IMG/VR virus record: IMGVR_UViG_3300022752_000048
Location: 1-64,000 of that record
Reading direction: 5' to 3' (one strand)
DNA length: 64,000 nt
Source of the DNA: a virus
Positions 28,601-36,920 of this stretch are shown here, one piece after another. The translations under genes were made by a program, and so were the position numbers. The first letter of the stretch is position 1. Each line of letters opens with the position of its first letter. The notes beneath the pieces are model-generated. The model was not told the DNA's origin and did not search any database. It saw only the letters and a list, made by a program, of their open reading frames with translations.

Positions 28601-29317
28601 TCTTGCATTTACTGCTAAAATATCGGCACTTGTATCACCAAGCACTGTGTTGCCATCTACTTGAAGATTAGTGCCCAACCATAAAGATTTCCATCTTAAT
28701 CCAGATGATCCAAAATCATAAAAATTATCTGTCGATGGAATAACAGAAGAAGCAACTCTTGCATTTAAAGTTAATGAATCGCTAGTTGCATCGCCAAGAA
28801 TGATGTTTCCATTTACTTGTAAATCACCAGAAAAAAGTCCGTCAACTGAAGTTAGCTTAACACTGAGCCATAAATTTTGCCACCTTAAACTATCCTGACC
28901 TAAGCTATATAAATTTGTAATAGATGGATCAAAATTACTGGCAATTCTAGCAGTGAATGTGGCTGTGTCTGATGTTTGGTTACCAACAACTAAAGAATTA
29001 TCAATTACTAAAGATCCATTTGTTTTTAATGTGCTAATATCAGATCTATATAAATTAACGTCTGGTACATTACCACCTCCCAATCCCCATTCAATTAATC
29101 CATCGCGTTTAATTGCAAAAAGAGCATTGGTATCGCCCGAAATCCTGCTTTCATAAATTGATGTATTAGCAGGTAATTGAGAAGATATTAAAGAATTGAC
29201 AGTTGTTTGACCAATAACGTAAAGCGTTGAATCAAAATTAACGGCGCCACCAACATCTAAATAGAGCGGTGATGACGGTGGAATTTTACCTATGCCAACT
29301 CTAGATACAATATGCAT
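25613..29317 (-). CDS. Long tail fibre protein (1234 aa)
   Basis: 52-aa shaft repeats (P..DN..DLG...RW..LWLGTNLQVDGNT.LGD), jelly-roll-like insert near the C-terminus, terminal gp10-like module. Confidence 0.8.
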   Translation of the reverse strand: MHIVSRVGIGKIPPSSPLYLDVGGAVNFDSTLYVIGQTTVNSLISSQLPANTSIYESRISGDTNALFAIKRDGLIEWGLGGGNVPDVNLYRSDISTLKTNGSLVIDNSLVVGNQTSDTATFTARIASNFDPSITNLYSLGQDSLRWQNLWLSVKLTSVDGLFSGDLQVNGNIILGDATSDSLTLNARVASSVIPSTDNFYDFGSSGLRWKSLWLGTNLQVDGNTVLGDTSADILAVNARVSTPVIPSTNNSFDLGSSLFKWASLWLGTNLQVDGNTVLGDTSADILAVNARISTSVVPSSDNLNNLGSLSQRWASLWLGTNLQVDGNTILGDSPSDTVTINAGFASPINPSVDNFYDLGTLSYRWKQLHTGPSGVVVRNDTTDTNKVSLFFNSGVAVLNTSSAIPLQVTTGSNNGIKIDTSGRIGINTSASLSENFNVNGTSVFSDVAYFSKSSGTGLQVESVASIKGSVESGNTANELNIGIDSATQFVNIGTGSLTKTINIGTGTGKTTINIGGSSDIININGTVTTTQTIQSFVTDKTLSLNVGGLNGTAQNSGILVEEASSSFLTISNPTWQNGNTVRYSAVNTGNIEIGSVILISGFSFSQNNGQFTVTGILTNSYFEIQNTAVNSAAFNETNFGTTTNPTISGKILISSDRLGWEIYSPSNSLNYFKISNTGANVELKATSSGISVVATGLLPETSNTALGSSSKLWNAFLNNLTTYGDAVIGDASSDILTINATSSFVGNVNSNIIPNSGKNLGSLANPWAYLYAQNAIFSSSLEANGTINLGVDSTTTINANGKFSTSLVPSSNNYNLGSETYPWNTAYITSISFPTFQAGSVLFIDSTFKAAQNNSNFFWENNYKRLNLGQNDGPYVLDIKKYQSDSFRIRNSQNNSAIALRTKETLFNVTTSIQNGPEPAEVTSVSFNSTNRRIGQTFILSSTTNFQKISLQLSTVAPTLVPNLSGTMTVALYQVIGGVVQSTPIATSAPLNLLGFPIGFQTSFTDFNFYELQTLAAGTYLLAAEVVPIAGLLPPSSPSYLDNCVKIVSKADTSYGGGRAYFYDALSGWQLISPAADLCFKIYDYVDLNTPVVNKFEFTDILQFGANTYSNVGNGTSTAVLELSSTAVKLLGAVSVNSTSISSATYTVQPTDVILNVNTTVSGCTITLPLAATKRILVIKDIGNNASTTGRSIQLAPASNEYVEFNTINVPFVIERDGESVTLQSDGTSRWYII
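28449..28687. repeat. Intragenic 156-nt period repeat; 83-bp exact copies at 28449-28531 and 28605-28687
   Basis: gcatttactgctaaaatatcggcac...aaccataaaga occurs twice, with degenerate copies on both sides. Confidence 0.9.
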
Positions 29318-29332
29318 TGTAATTATCCATAA

Positions 29333-29587
29333 TTAAACGTTTAATGGAATTTTTTGTCCAACTTTATTTTCCATATTTTTTTGCATTGCTAAAACCCAAT
29401 CAATACCTAGGAAAATTTCGCATTCATCCCATTTTACAATTTCTTTTAAAGAGCCGTCTTCAAAGTATAAAACCATTTTACCAGAATCTTTATCAATAGC
29501 GTGGCCAATCACCTTATATTTTTTGCAAAAAGAAAAAATATTTAAAAATAAATGCCGGCGATATTTAAAAATATATGGATGATTCAT
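29333..29587 (-). CDS. Hypothetical protein
   Basis: 84-aa ORF coupled to the stop of 29587..31074. Confidence 0.45.
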   Translation of the reverse strand: MNHPYIFKYRRHLFLNIFSFCKKYKVIGHAIDKDSGKMVLYFEDGSLKEIVKWDECEIFLGIDWVLAMQKNMENKVGQKIPLNV

Positions 29588-31074
29588 TATTTAATCCTCA
29601 TTACATATACAGTAGAAATGTATTTAGGGCGAGAATCATATGAAGACGTCGAACCTGTATTTCCGCTGTTGCCACTCATATCTGTTGTATAAGTGGTATG
29701 TGCATGGTTTAGATCACCACCATCAGAATATTGTTGCCAATATGTAGTAAGATCGTGATCGTGATCCGTATTTACATACCCATGGTCATAAAGTCCGCCT
29801 TCTCCTTCTACCGCCGACATTGTATTAAGATCAGAACCTAAACCGGAATTAGAAGCAAATCCGGCACCCCAAAATCCACCTCCGCCTCTTGCCTCCTGAA
29901 ATTGCTGTCTCCATCTATGCCTATGAAATGAATTAGCTTTTCTTTGTGGTAAAGAATCGTCAGTAGCGTGAGAATGGCGAGCATTAAATGCGGATGAACC
30001 CGACTGTGAGTGCCCATGAGTAATTGTGTGATTATGAGAGGGTATGTTTGCTGTTGAAAGCGTTGTAATATTTGTACCACCAGTACTGCCCGCAGTAACA
30101 TTACCCATCAAAAATACATCATTATTTATTCTTGGAATTGATTGTCCATTTAATGGACTGGTTGCATCGTTTATAATCTGATTACCAGATTGTCCGTTGA
30201 ATCCGCATAATACAAATCCATAGCTGTCTGCAACTGTTGTAGCAGAACAAACATATGCACCAGAAAGATTTGATGCTAGGGCAATAATTCCACCTACAGG
30301 AATAAAACCTACGCCAACTGCGGTGCCCGAAATAGTAAAAGTTCCGGTAACAATTGTGTTATTTAGCGTTTTGTTATTTATAGTCTGAGAATTATTTGTG
30401 CCAACAAATATATCTGTATTATCTGGAAGAGTCCATACACGATCTGCAGAAGCTTGAGAAAGGATTTTATGAGTAAATGCAGAACTGCCAGGTTCTAAAG
30501 AAATTATTCCAGATTTATTAGGAGTTTTAAGCAGCCATTCATTTCTGTTTGAAGATGTTTTTACGTATGAAACTATTACATTATTTTCTTCAATTTCAAA
30601 TCCTGCACCAGACGCAGAAGAAGCTGTTCCGTTTTTATTAACCGTAAACAATTTATCAAATACTTGAAGATCGGTTGATTGTATTTTATTAAAAATGCCA
30701 AAAATATTAACAGTAGAATTATTATTTCCAATATTAATCGTGGTCGCAGAAACTGTACCAATATTTATAATTGCGCCATCAGATTCAACAGAACCTGCAT
30801 TTTTTATAACTAAATTCTGTGTGTAGGTATTGCTCCAAAATAAAGAAGAAGAGCCGAAATTTCTTGAAAGAGTCGTAGAAGGCTCAACGTTTGTATCAAT
30901 TCGTCCATTTACAGAAATTAAATCAGCTGTTGTATCGCCTAACTCTACACCGGCATTAAAAAATGCAGTATTTTGAAAAAATACTTGAGAATCAAAATTA
31001 GAAGATCCAGAAACATCTAAATGATAAACTGATCCAGGATCTTTACCTATGCCGACTCTACTAATAATTCTCAT
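29587..31074 (-). CDS. Short tail fibre with divergent collar domain and HxH needle
   Basis: N-terminus MRIISRVGIGK shared with 25613..29317; IPVGGII...GFVLC collar-like region; six HxH motifs; SRPKYISTVYVMRIK. Confidence 0.75.
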   Translation of the reverse strand: MRIISRVGIGKDPGSVYHLDVSGSSNFDSQVFFQNTAFFNAGVELGDTTADLISVNGRIDTNVEPSTTLSRNFGSSSLFWSNTYTQNLVIKNAGSVESDGAIINIGTVSATTINIGNNNSTVNIFGIFNKIQSTDLQVFDKLFTVNKNGTASSASGAGFEIEENNVIVSYVKTSSNRNEWLLKTPNKSGIISLEPGSSAFTHKILSQASADRVWTLPDNTDIFVGTNNSQTINNKTLNNTIVTGTFTISGTAVGVGFIPVGGIIALASNLSGAYVCSATTVADSYGFVLCGFNGQSGNQIINDATSPLNGQSIPRINNDVFLMGNVTAGSTGGTNITTLSTANIPSHNHTITHGHSQSGSSAFNARHSHATDDSLPQRKANSFHRHRWRQQFQEARGGGGFWGAGFASNSGLGSDLNTMSAVEGEGGLYDHGYVNTDHDHDLTTYWQQYSDGGDLNHAHTTYTTDMSGNSGNTGSTSSYDSRPKYISTVYVMRIK

Positions 31075-31078
31075 TTTA

Positions 31079-33361
31079 TCACCTTAGATGCCTTGTAAAC
31101 ATTACTGTCAAAGACTGAGCGCCATCTGGCGTTGGTGCTAGAGTCACTCCAGTACTAGATTGTGTTCCACCAATCCACACGTTTTGCCCAGTAGATGTAA
31201 TTCGTGCGTTCCACATAAAATCAGAAGTCAACCTTAAAAATCCATGATTGACAACGGTTGTCGCAGAAGTGCTTGTCGTCACTCCTGTAATAATTTTAGT
31301 TAAATCACGTTGTAATGCAAGTCCTTCGATTTGGACTACTGAACCATCAAAGAACTGGAGGCTTACAACACCATTAACGGTCGTTCTTCTAGCAATTAGC
31401 AGAACGTTTTTATTGCGAAGATCTCGACGCGGGTTTTGCGATGCTGGTAAAACTTGGTAAGTATTATCAGCGGCTCCGGGCTTATAATAATCTACTATGC
31501 CGGATGAAAGCGTCACTGGAGTGGATGTGGTCGTATCATCTAATCGTACCCATAATCCATCGCCATCATTAGAGAACAATAAAGAAACAGATGAAATATT
31601 AAATGTCTGCCAAGCGTCGGCGTTATTTAAACCAACTTCTACTAAGTTGGAAGTACGGCGTTTTTGAATAGTTAAAACATCAGTATTCAACGAGGATAGC
31701 GCTCCAGCCCCATCCATTTGAATACCATAATTTAATTTAAGAAATAAGTTTGGAATGCTACGAATCGGCGAAGAATCCGCATCTTCCATAAGGGGGACTT
31801 CTTCACCCGGTTGCATAACACCATAGTTACGCAATTGAAACAAGTCGCCTTTTCGTCGACCGAGGAAATATAAGTTAATATCATCAACAGGGAGAATCAA
31901 TGGGGAGACGTCTACACTCTGTACTTTTAGCCCTTGGGCATCAGATGTTACGAACAAGTCGGATAATTGATATCTAGACCTAAACCACCTGAATGGTTCC
32001 GTTGTGGGTGTATCGATGGGAAACTCAACAATCAATGCAGTTGTAATTGCAGTAGACACACGACCAGTGGTGCTATAAACAATTCCGCCTTCTACCAGGC
32101 CAACTACTCGATTATATTGATAATAATCTTCACCAAGCTTGCGAATATAATCGCCAATTGCCACACCAGTGAAATCACCTTCTTGGCCGGAAACAGTATA
32201 TTCTTGGAGCGGTGGCGTAGGAATGAGAAGTGTTTCGACACCCCATTTAACGCTATTTCCGCTAGAATCTACTGGAATTTTTTCACGATCTAGTTTTACA
32301 AAAAACGCAGCATTGTCCGGAATTGACGCAGTAAAATCTGTGCTTGTAAACACTCTATTAGTAAATGCGTTTACAAAAGAGCCGCCAATTTCCCATTTTA
32401 CAGGGCCGTAGTTCATGGCAAGACCAAGAGGGCTTGACGAGCCACTTAAAGAACCGCTTTTAAGTTGAGTTCCAGTCCACGATAAAGTACGACCATCAAT
32501 TGATGGCATAAAAGATGTTGCGTTAGGATTCAAAAACAAAAGGTTTGGAATGGTTTTTCCAGCGATTGGTGTGTACCAACTTGCAGAACCTTTCATTTCT
32601 GCAATAATAGTCATTGTAGCATCCATCCAATCTTTAAGATTGGTCAGAGCCTTATCATTAATAATACCGTTTGCGTCTTGAGTATAATATGGATTTTGTG
32701 GCGTAAATTGATTCAAATAAATTGCTTGAGCCGGGAGAGCGTTTTCTACACGAGTAGAAGACCATGCATATTTTTTGTATGGACTTGGAAGTGCTCCGCC
32801 AGATCCTAATCGGAAAAATAGGTCGCGAGCATCCGAAATATCAATAACGCCGGCACTGCCAGTCCTCAAAATTGCAAGAGGAATCGCATCTACTGAAAAT
32901 CCTTCGGTGTTATATCTAAGTTGCAATTTTACAATCGATTGAAAATCAACGGACGCATTAAACTCTTGCCCTGCTGGGTTTTGATCATTTGTATTACTAG
33001 GGTCGAAAAATGCGGCAGTAACGGGAGTTTCTGTAACTCTCTCTAGAAATGCTTCCAAAAATACTTTTTCTGTGCTAGGCGGAACGTTAATAATTTCGTC
33101 TGATGCGTCAGCCAATCCATAATAAAAACATGCTTCATTATCTAGAGGAAAAAGAATAATAGAATTAGCAACTTTTACAGTTACGGTAAAACCGTTTAGT
33201 GCTGTGATTTCTAAACCACGAACCACATAGTTTTTTTCAAGACCGTTTAAAATATATGAAAAAGCGCGTAAATCAAAGGCGTTAAATGAATCTGTGGCAA
33301 TGACATGTTGCAAATCTAATCTTTGTTGAGAAAGATAATTCACTCTGCTTAAAATTGCCAT
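31079..33361 (-). CDS. Baseplate / fibre-attachment protein
   Basis: 760 aa; RVNYLSQQRLD...NYVVRGLEIT N-terminus typical of baseplate-peripheral proteins; lies between wedge and fibre genes. Confidence 0.55.
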   Translation of the reverse strand: MAILSRVNYLSQQRLDLQHVIATDSFNAFDLRAFSYILNGLEKNYVVRGLEITALNGFTVTVKVANSIILFPLDNEACFYYGLADASDEIINVPPSTEKVFLEAFLERVTETPVTAAFFDPSNTNDQNPAGQEFNASVDFQSIVKLQLRYNTEGFSVDAIPLAILRTGSAGVIDISDARDLFFRLGSGGALPSPYKKYAWSSTRVENALPAQAIYLNQFTPQNPYYTQDANGIINDKALTNLKDWMDATMTIIAEMKGSASWYTPIAGKTIPNLLFLNPNATSFMPSIDGRTLSWTGTQLKSGSLSGSSSPLGLAMNYGPVKWEIGGSFVNAFTNRVFTSTDFTASIPDNAAFFVKLDREKIPVDSSGNSVKWGVETLLIPTPPLQEYTVSGQEGDFTGVAIGDYIRKLGEDYYQYNRVVGLVEGGIVYSTTGRVSTAITTALIVEFPIDTPTTEPFRWFRSRYQLSDLFVTSDAQGLKVQSVDVSPLILPVDDINLYFLGRRKGDLFQLRNYGVMQPGEEVPLMEDADSSPIRSIPNLFLKLNYGIQMDGAGALSSLNTDVLTIQKRRTSNLVEVGLNNADAWQTFNISSVSLLFSNDGDGLWVRLDDTTTSTPVTLSSGIVDYYKPGAADNTYQVLPASQNPRRDLRNKNVLLIARRTTVNGVVSLQFFDGSVVQIEGLALQRDLTKIITGVTTSTSATTVVNHGFLRLTSDFMWNARITSTGQNVWIGGTQSSTGVTLAPTPDGAQSLTVMFTRHLR

Positions 33362-33371
33362 TATTTATCAC

Positions 33372-36300
33372 CTATGCTTGAAACGGCGCAATTCCTGAAT
33401 CATCATATTTTAGATCTGGTAATTGGACCTGTATATTTAATTTTACCCCAACACTTACAAGCTGCTCTAGAGTCTTTTGAAGAGTAACGCGCACTTGGGT
33501 TGCACCGGTAATATACACGGGATATTCCTTTCCTGCAATTCCGATAGTGGGTGCTGATGTTTGACTAATAACTCTGACAACTGAATTATTTTCATGCGAT
33601 TGCTTAAAGATATAAGCTGGATCGATTTTTAATTGAGTAGGAGAGCCGTCAATAACTAAATCATATTTAATAGGCCCTTCTTGCCGTGAATTTCCGTAAT
33701 TGATCATAACGAACCCAGAAGAAGGGAGGTTGCCTATTCCGTCTATAAGAATAATTCCTGGAGATTCAAACGCCACAATAGGCTGTTCAAGCCTACAAAA
33801 TTTATCTGAAATAACATACGGAGAATACGTACCTACTGGATCATATAAATAAGAACCTACAATGTACTCATTTTCAGGGACGTTTGCAGAAACTAAATAC
33901 AATTTTGAATTTTTAAAGAATGTTTCCTTGTTCCATTCAGAAAGTGGTTTCTGCATGTAGTATTTAAACTCTGTACCGCCAAATTCTCCAGATCGTTTAC
34001 ATTTACCGTCACGAATAATCACCCATGTATTTGGAATAAAGGGGTTGTAATCTAATGGAATACCAATATTGGATTTAAAATAAACATATTTACCTTCTTG
34101 GCTGTGAACCTGCAGATAAATTGTTTTTAAATAGGTTGCAATACCATATCTAGATTCTGGAATAAAACCAAAGTCTAATAGTTTAACAGTTGAGCCTTCT
34201 TGAAAATTTGCATATCCACGAGAAATACGATCCGGGAACTCAAACGCAATATCAGTTTTCCGTATTGGATCTGGTCTAAATATTACGTTAAATCCATAAA
34301 TCCACGCGCCATCGTATTTAATAGGAGCGCCAAGAGGCGCATCATTTGCTGAAGGCGAGGCGACTTTATAAACTGCTGGAGTCGAAATACTCGGATAAAA
34401 ACCGCTTTTAAGACGAAGTTTTGTATTAGAAACAATAGATGCTACTTCGCGATTTTGTCCCGTTGCTAATACCAACAAATCACCCGGTTGGACTTGTGTT
34501 AAAAACTGAGTGCCAACACCAGCTACGTTTTTGCCAATAGTTGTAATAGTTCCAGAGCCATAGGGCGCAGGGCCAGTTCCTAAAATTTCAAAAATAAATT
34601 TTTGTTGACTGTCAACTCGTTTAATTTTATGGGCTTTATCAATATCTGCTCTTAGTAGTTTTCCGTTAACAGATTCAACGGGATTAAAATAACTTGCCAT
34701 CAAAAAAACATCTACACGCAAATCTTCAGTAGTGTTCATGTATTTTAATTGGAATTGAGTATCGCTTTGGATTCCATTAATATCTGTAAAAAATATGCGG
34801 GGGCCTTCAAATATAGAATTTGGCAAAAGACCCATATTATTAGCCGGATCTTGCCTGATTCGTATTTCGGTAATCAGATTAGTAGAAAACAAATTATGTA
34901 TAACCGTGATGCTATTTTCGCTCAGAGGGGAGGCTGGCAAAAGAATGTTTATAGCCACGGCTCGTGTGAAATTTTGAAACACATGTTGATAATCTAAAAC
35001 GTATGTATTAACATTTGTTAAAGATTGGTGTGGGGCAGAAATAAATTTTACATTATTTGGGTCATCTACTATTCTAATCCCGTGCAAATTTGAGTTAATA
35101 TCCGCATCTGACATCATAAAGGATGTGAATTGTGTATTGAAATTATGCGTATAAGTGGTTTGTGTATCTACATTAGGATATGAATTAGGGCCAATTGATA
35201 GTGTGACTTCACCAGGCGTAACCGCTGGATTCATTGAGCACATGATAGCTCTTACGAATCGTTCATCTGGCATTGGAATGCATTTTAAAATAGTGCTATT
35301 ATCTGCATCTTCAGGATCTGGTTCATAATTAAAATAATATTTTTCATTAGTAGATTCATCCGCAAATTGGATATAAAGAAGTTGAGTATCCATTCCGTTT
35401 TCAAACGAAACTTCATCTGTATTTGGCGGAATCCTGATATTTTTTACTGTTTTATGTTTAAAAATAGGTTGGTCAAGATTTGTGTCTTGAAAGACAACTT
35501 CTTCAATATTTTCTAAATTATGCCGCAATCCCGGCGTATGGACAAATAATTCAGAATTATCTACTAATCCTCCAACGGGATTAGTCATTTCTATAGCCTC
35601 AAAAGCAATTTGGCACTCAACGGGGGATAAAAATGGAGTACTATTCTGTATAGAACCATCTATAGATAATGCCTGTGTGCCACCTGATGGTTGTTCTTTA
35701 TTTGTATAATAAAAATATTTTTCTATGAATCCATTTAAAAATTTTGCCGATTCAAACGCAACTACTCCAGATTCTGGAAATGAGTTTGGATACGGAATAA
35801 TAAGTTTGTTAGATTCAATATCGAGCAATTGAACTGATTGACTTCTAAACCTAGAAACACCTTCTTGGTTTTTTCTAATAATTGGCGGAATTACCGGAAT
35901 ACTAATATCTACGGTGCCTGCACTTGCTTCGGTAATATATGCATACTGATCATTAGTGAAAATTGTTTTAAACTCTTGGCTAGTAACTGCAAAATTATTA
36001 CTGGATTCTTGTGTCCACAAAACATTTGTATAGGGAAATTCGAAAGAATTTATTTCAAAATAATCATAACCACAATCTATAACTTCAAATGTTCCGTTTA
36101 GTTTTGAAAATAGAATTGTAGATGTGTCTTGTAGATTATATATAGATATAAAGTCGCCAGTATTAATAGACGCTAAGTTAGGATTTGAACCCCCAACCCA
36201 AGTAAACCTAATTGTTTTTGAATATGTTGCATCGGAAAAATGGGAGATATTCCATTCAGTTCCAGCTAAATTACACGCGTCTTTATAGCCCTGAAATTTA

Positions 36301-36920
36301 AGTTTATTTTGTACTGCGCCACCAATAACTCTGATTTTTGCGGCGATGCCAAATTCCCTACTAACGACACGAACACTACTGCGTCGAGTGTTTTTATCAG
36401 TAACTATATCTGCGTATAATTCTGGAACCTGAGCGTTGATTGTACTGGCAATTTGTGATGCAGAAAGATTTGTTATATCGGGAAAGCGCTCTGCTAAAAA
36501 CAAAACACTAAAAACGCCAGACTCGGTTTCAATTATTAAAGTGTCACCATTTTGAAGGCCGTACGGTTCGGATACTGTGCTTGATACAACCGGATGAAGA
36601 ACAGCCGTGCCGTAAAATACTTCAATAATTTTATTGAATGTAGGAATTGATTGTTTAGGAGCGAATATAGCTGGTAATGCTAATTGGCGAAAAGAGTTTT
36701 GATCTAAGCCTGAATTTGGAGGAACAGAAAAATTATACCTGTTAGCCAAACTAGTTAAAAATCCGCCTTCGGCAGTAGTTAAGAATAACTGCCTTCTGGC
36801 TTGAGATAATAATTCAATAACAAATGTGTCACCAGTAGCAATAGCTTCTAGCAAGCCTTTTAAAACTATTTGCTCTTCTTTAAGAAAAGAATCTGGCAAA
36901 AAATCAAAAAGAGAACTCAC
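33372..36920 (-). CDS. Baseplate wedge protein (gpI/gp7-like) with large insertion
   Basis: QLFLTTAEGGFLTSLANRY...FRQLA...IIEVFYG at the N-terminus and LEQLVSVGVKLNI at the C-terminus; directly follows the J-like gene. Confidence 0.65.
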   Translation of the reverse strand: MSSLFDFLPDSFLKEEQIVLKGLLEAIATGDTFVIELLSQARRQLFLTTAEGGFLTSLANRYNFSVPPNSGLDQNSFRQLALPAIFAPKQSIPTFNKIIEVFYGTAVLHPVVSSTVSEPYGLQNGDTLIIETESGVFSVLFLAERFPDITNLSASQIASTINAQVPELYADIVTDKNTRRSSVRVVSREFGIAAKIRVIGGAVQNKLKFQGYKDACNLAGTEWNISHFSDATYSKTIRFTWVGGSNPNLASINTGDFISIYNLQDTSTILFSKLNGTFEVIDCGYDYFEINSFEFPYTNVLWTQESSNNFAVTSQEFKTIFTNDQYAYITEASAGTVDISIPVIPPIIRKNQEGVSRFRSQSVQLLDIESNKLIIPYPNSFPESGVVAFESAKFLNGFIEKYFYYTNKEQPSGGTQALSIDGSIQNSTPFLSPVECQIAFEAIEMTNPVGGLVDNSELFVHTPGLRHNLENIEEVVFQDTNLDQPIFKHKTVKNIRIPPNTDEVSFENGMDTQLLYIQFADESTNEKYYFNYEPDPEDADNSTILKCIPMPDERFVRAIMCSMNPAVTPGEVTLSIGPNSYPNVDTQTTYTHNFNTQFTSFMMSDADINSNLHGIRIVDDPNNVKFISAPHQSLTNVNTYVLDYQHVFQNFTRAVAINILLPASPLSENSITVIHNLFSTNLITEIRIRQDPANNMGLLPNSIFEGPRIFFTDINGIQSDTQFQLKYMNTTEDLRVDVFLMASYFNPVESVNGKLLRADIDKAHKIKRVDSQQKFIFEILGTGPAPYGSGTITTIGKNVAGVGTQFLTQVQPGDLLVLATGQNREVASIVSNTKLRLKSGFYPSISTPAVYKVASPSANDAPLGAPIKYDGAWIYGFNVIFRPDPIRKTDIAFEFPDRISRGYANFQEGSTVKLLDFGFIPESRYGIATYLKTIYLQVHSQEGKYVYFKSNIGIPLDYNPFIPNTWVIIRDGKCKRSGEFGGTEFKYYMQKPLSEWNKETFFKNSKLYLVSANVPENEYIVGSYLYDPVGTYSPYVISDKFCRLEQPIVAFESPGIILIDGIGNLPSSGFVMINYGNSRQEGPIKYDLVIDGSPTQLKIDPAYIFKQSHENNSVVRVISQTSAPTIGIAGKEYPVYITGATQVRVTLQKTLEQLVSVGVKLNIQVQLPDLKYDDSGIAPFQA

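Noticed and set aside
28300-28700. CRISPR-like periodic repeat
   Set aside because: The 156-nt period is in frame within a fibre gene and the intervening segments are homologous, not unique spacers.
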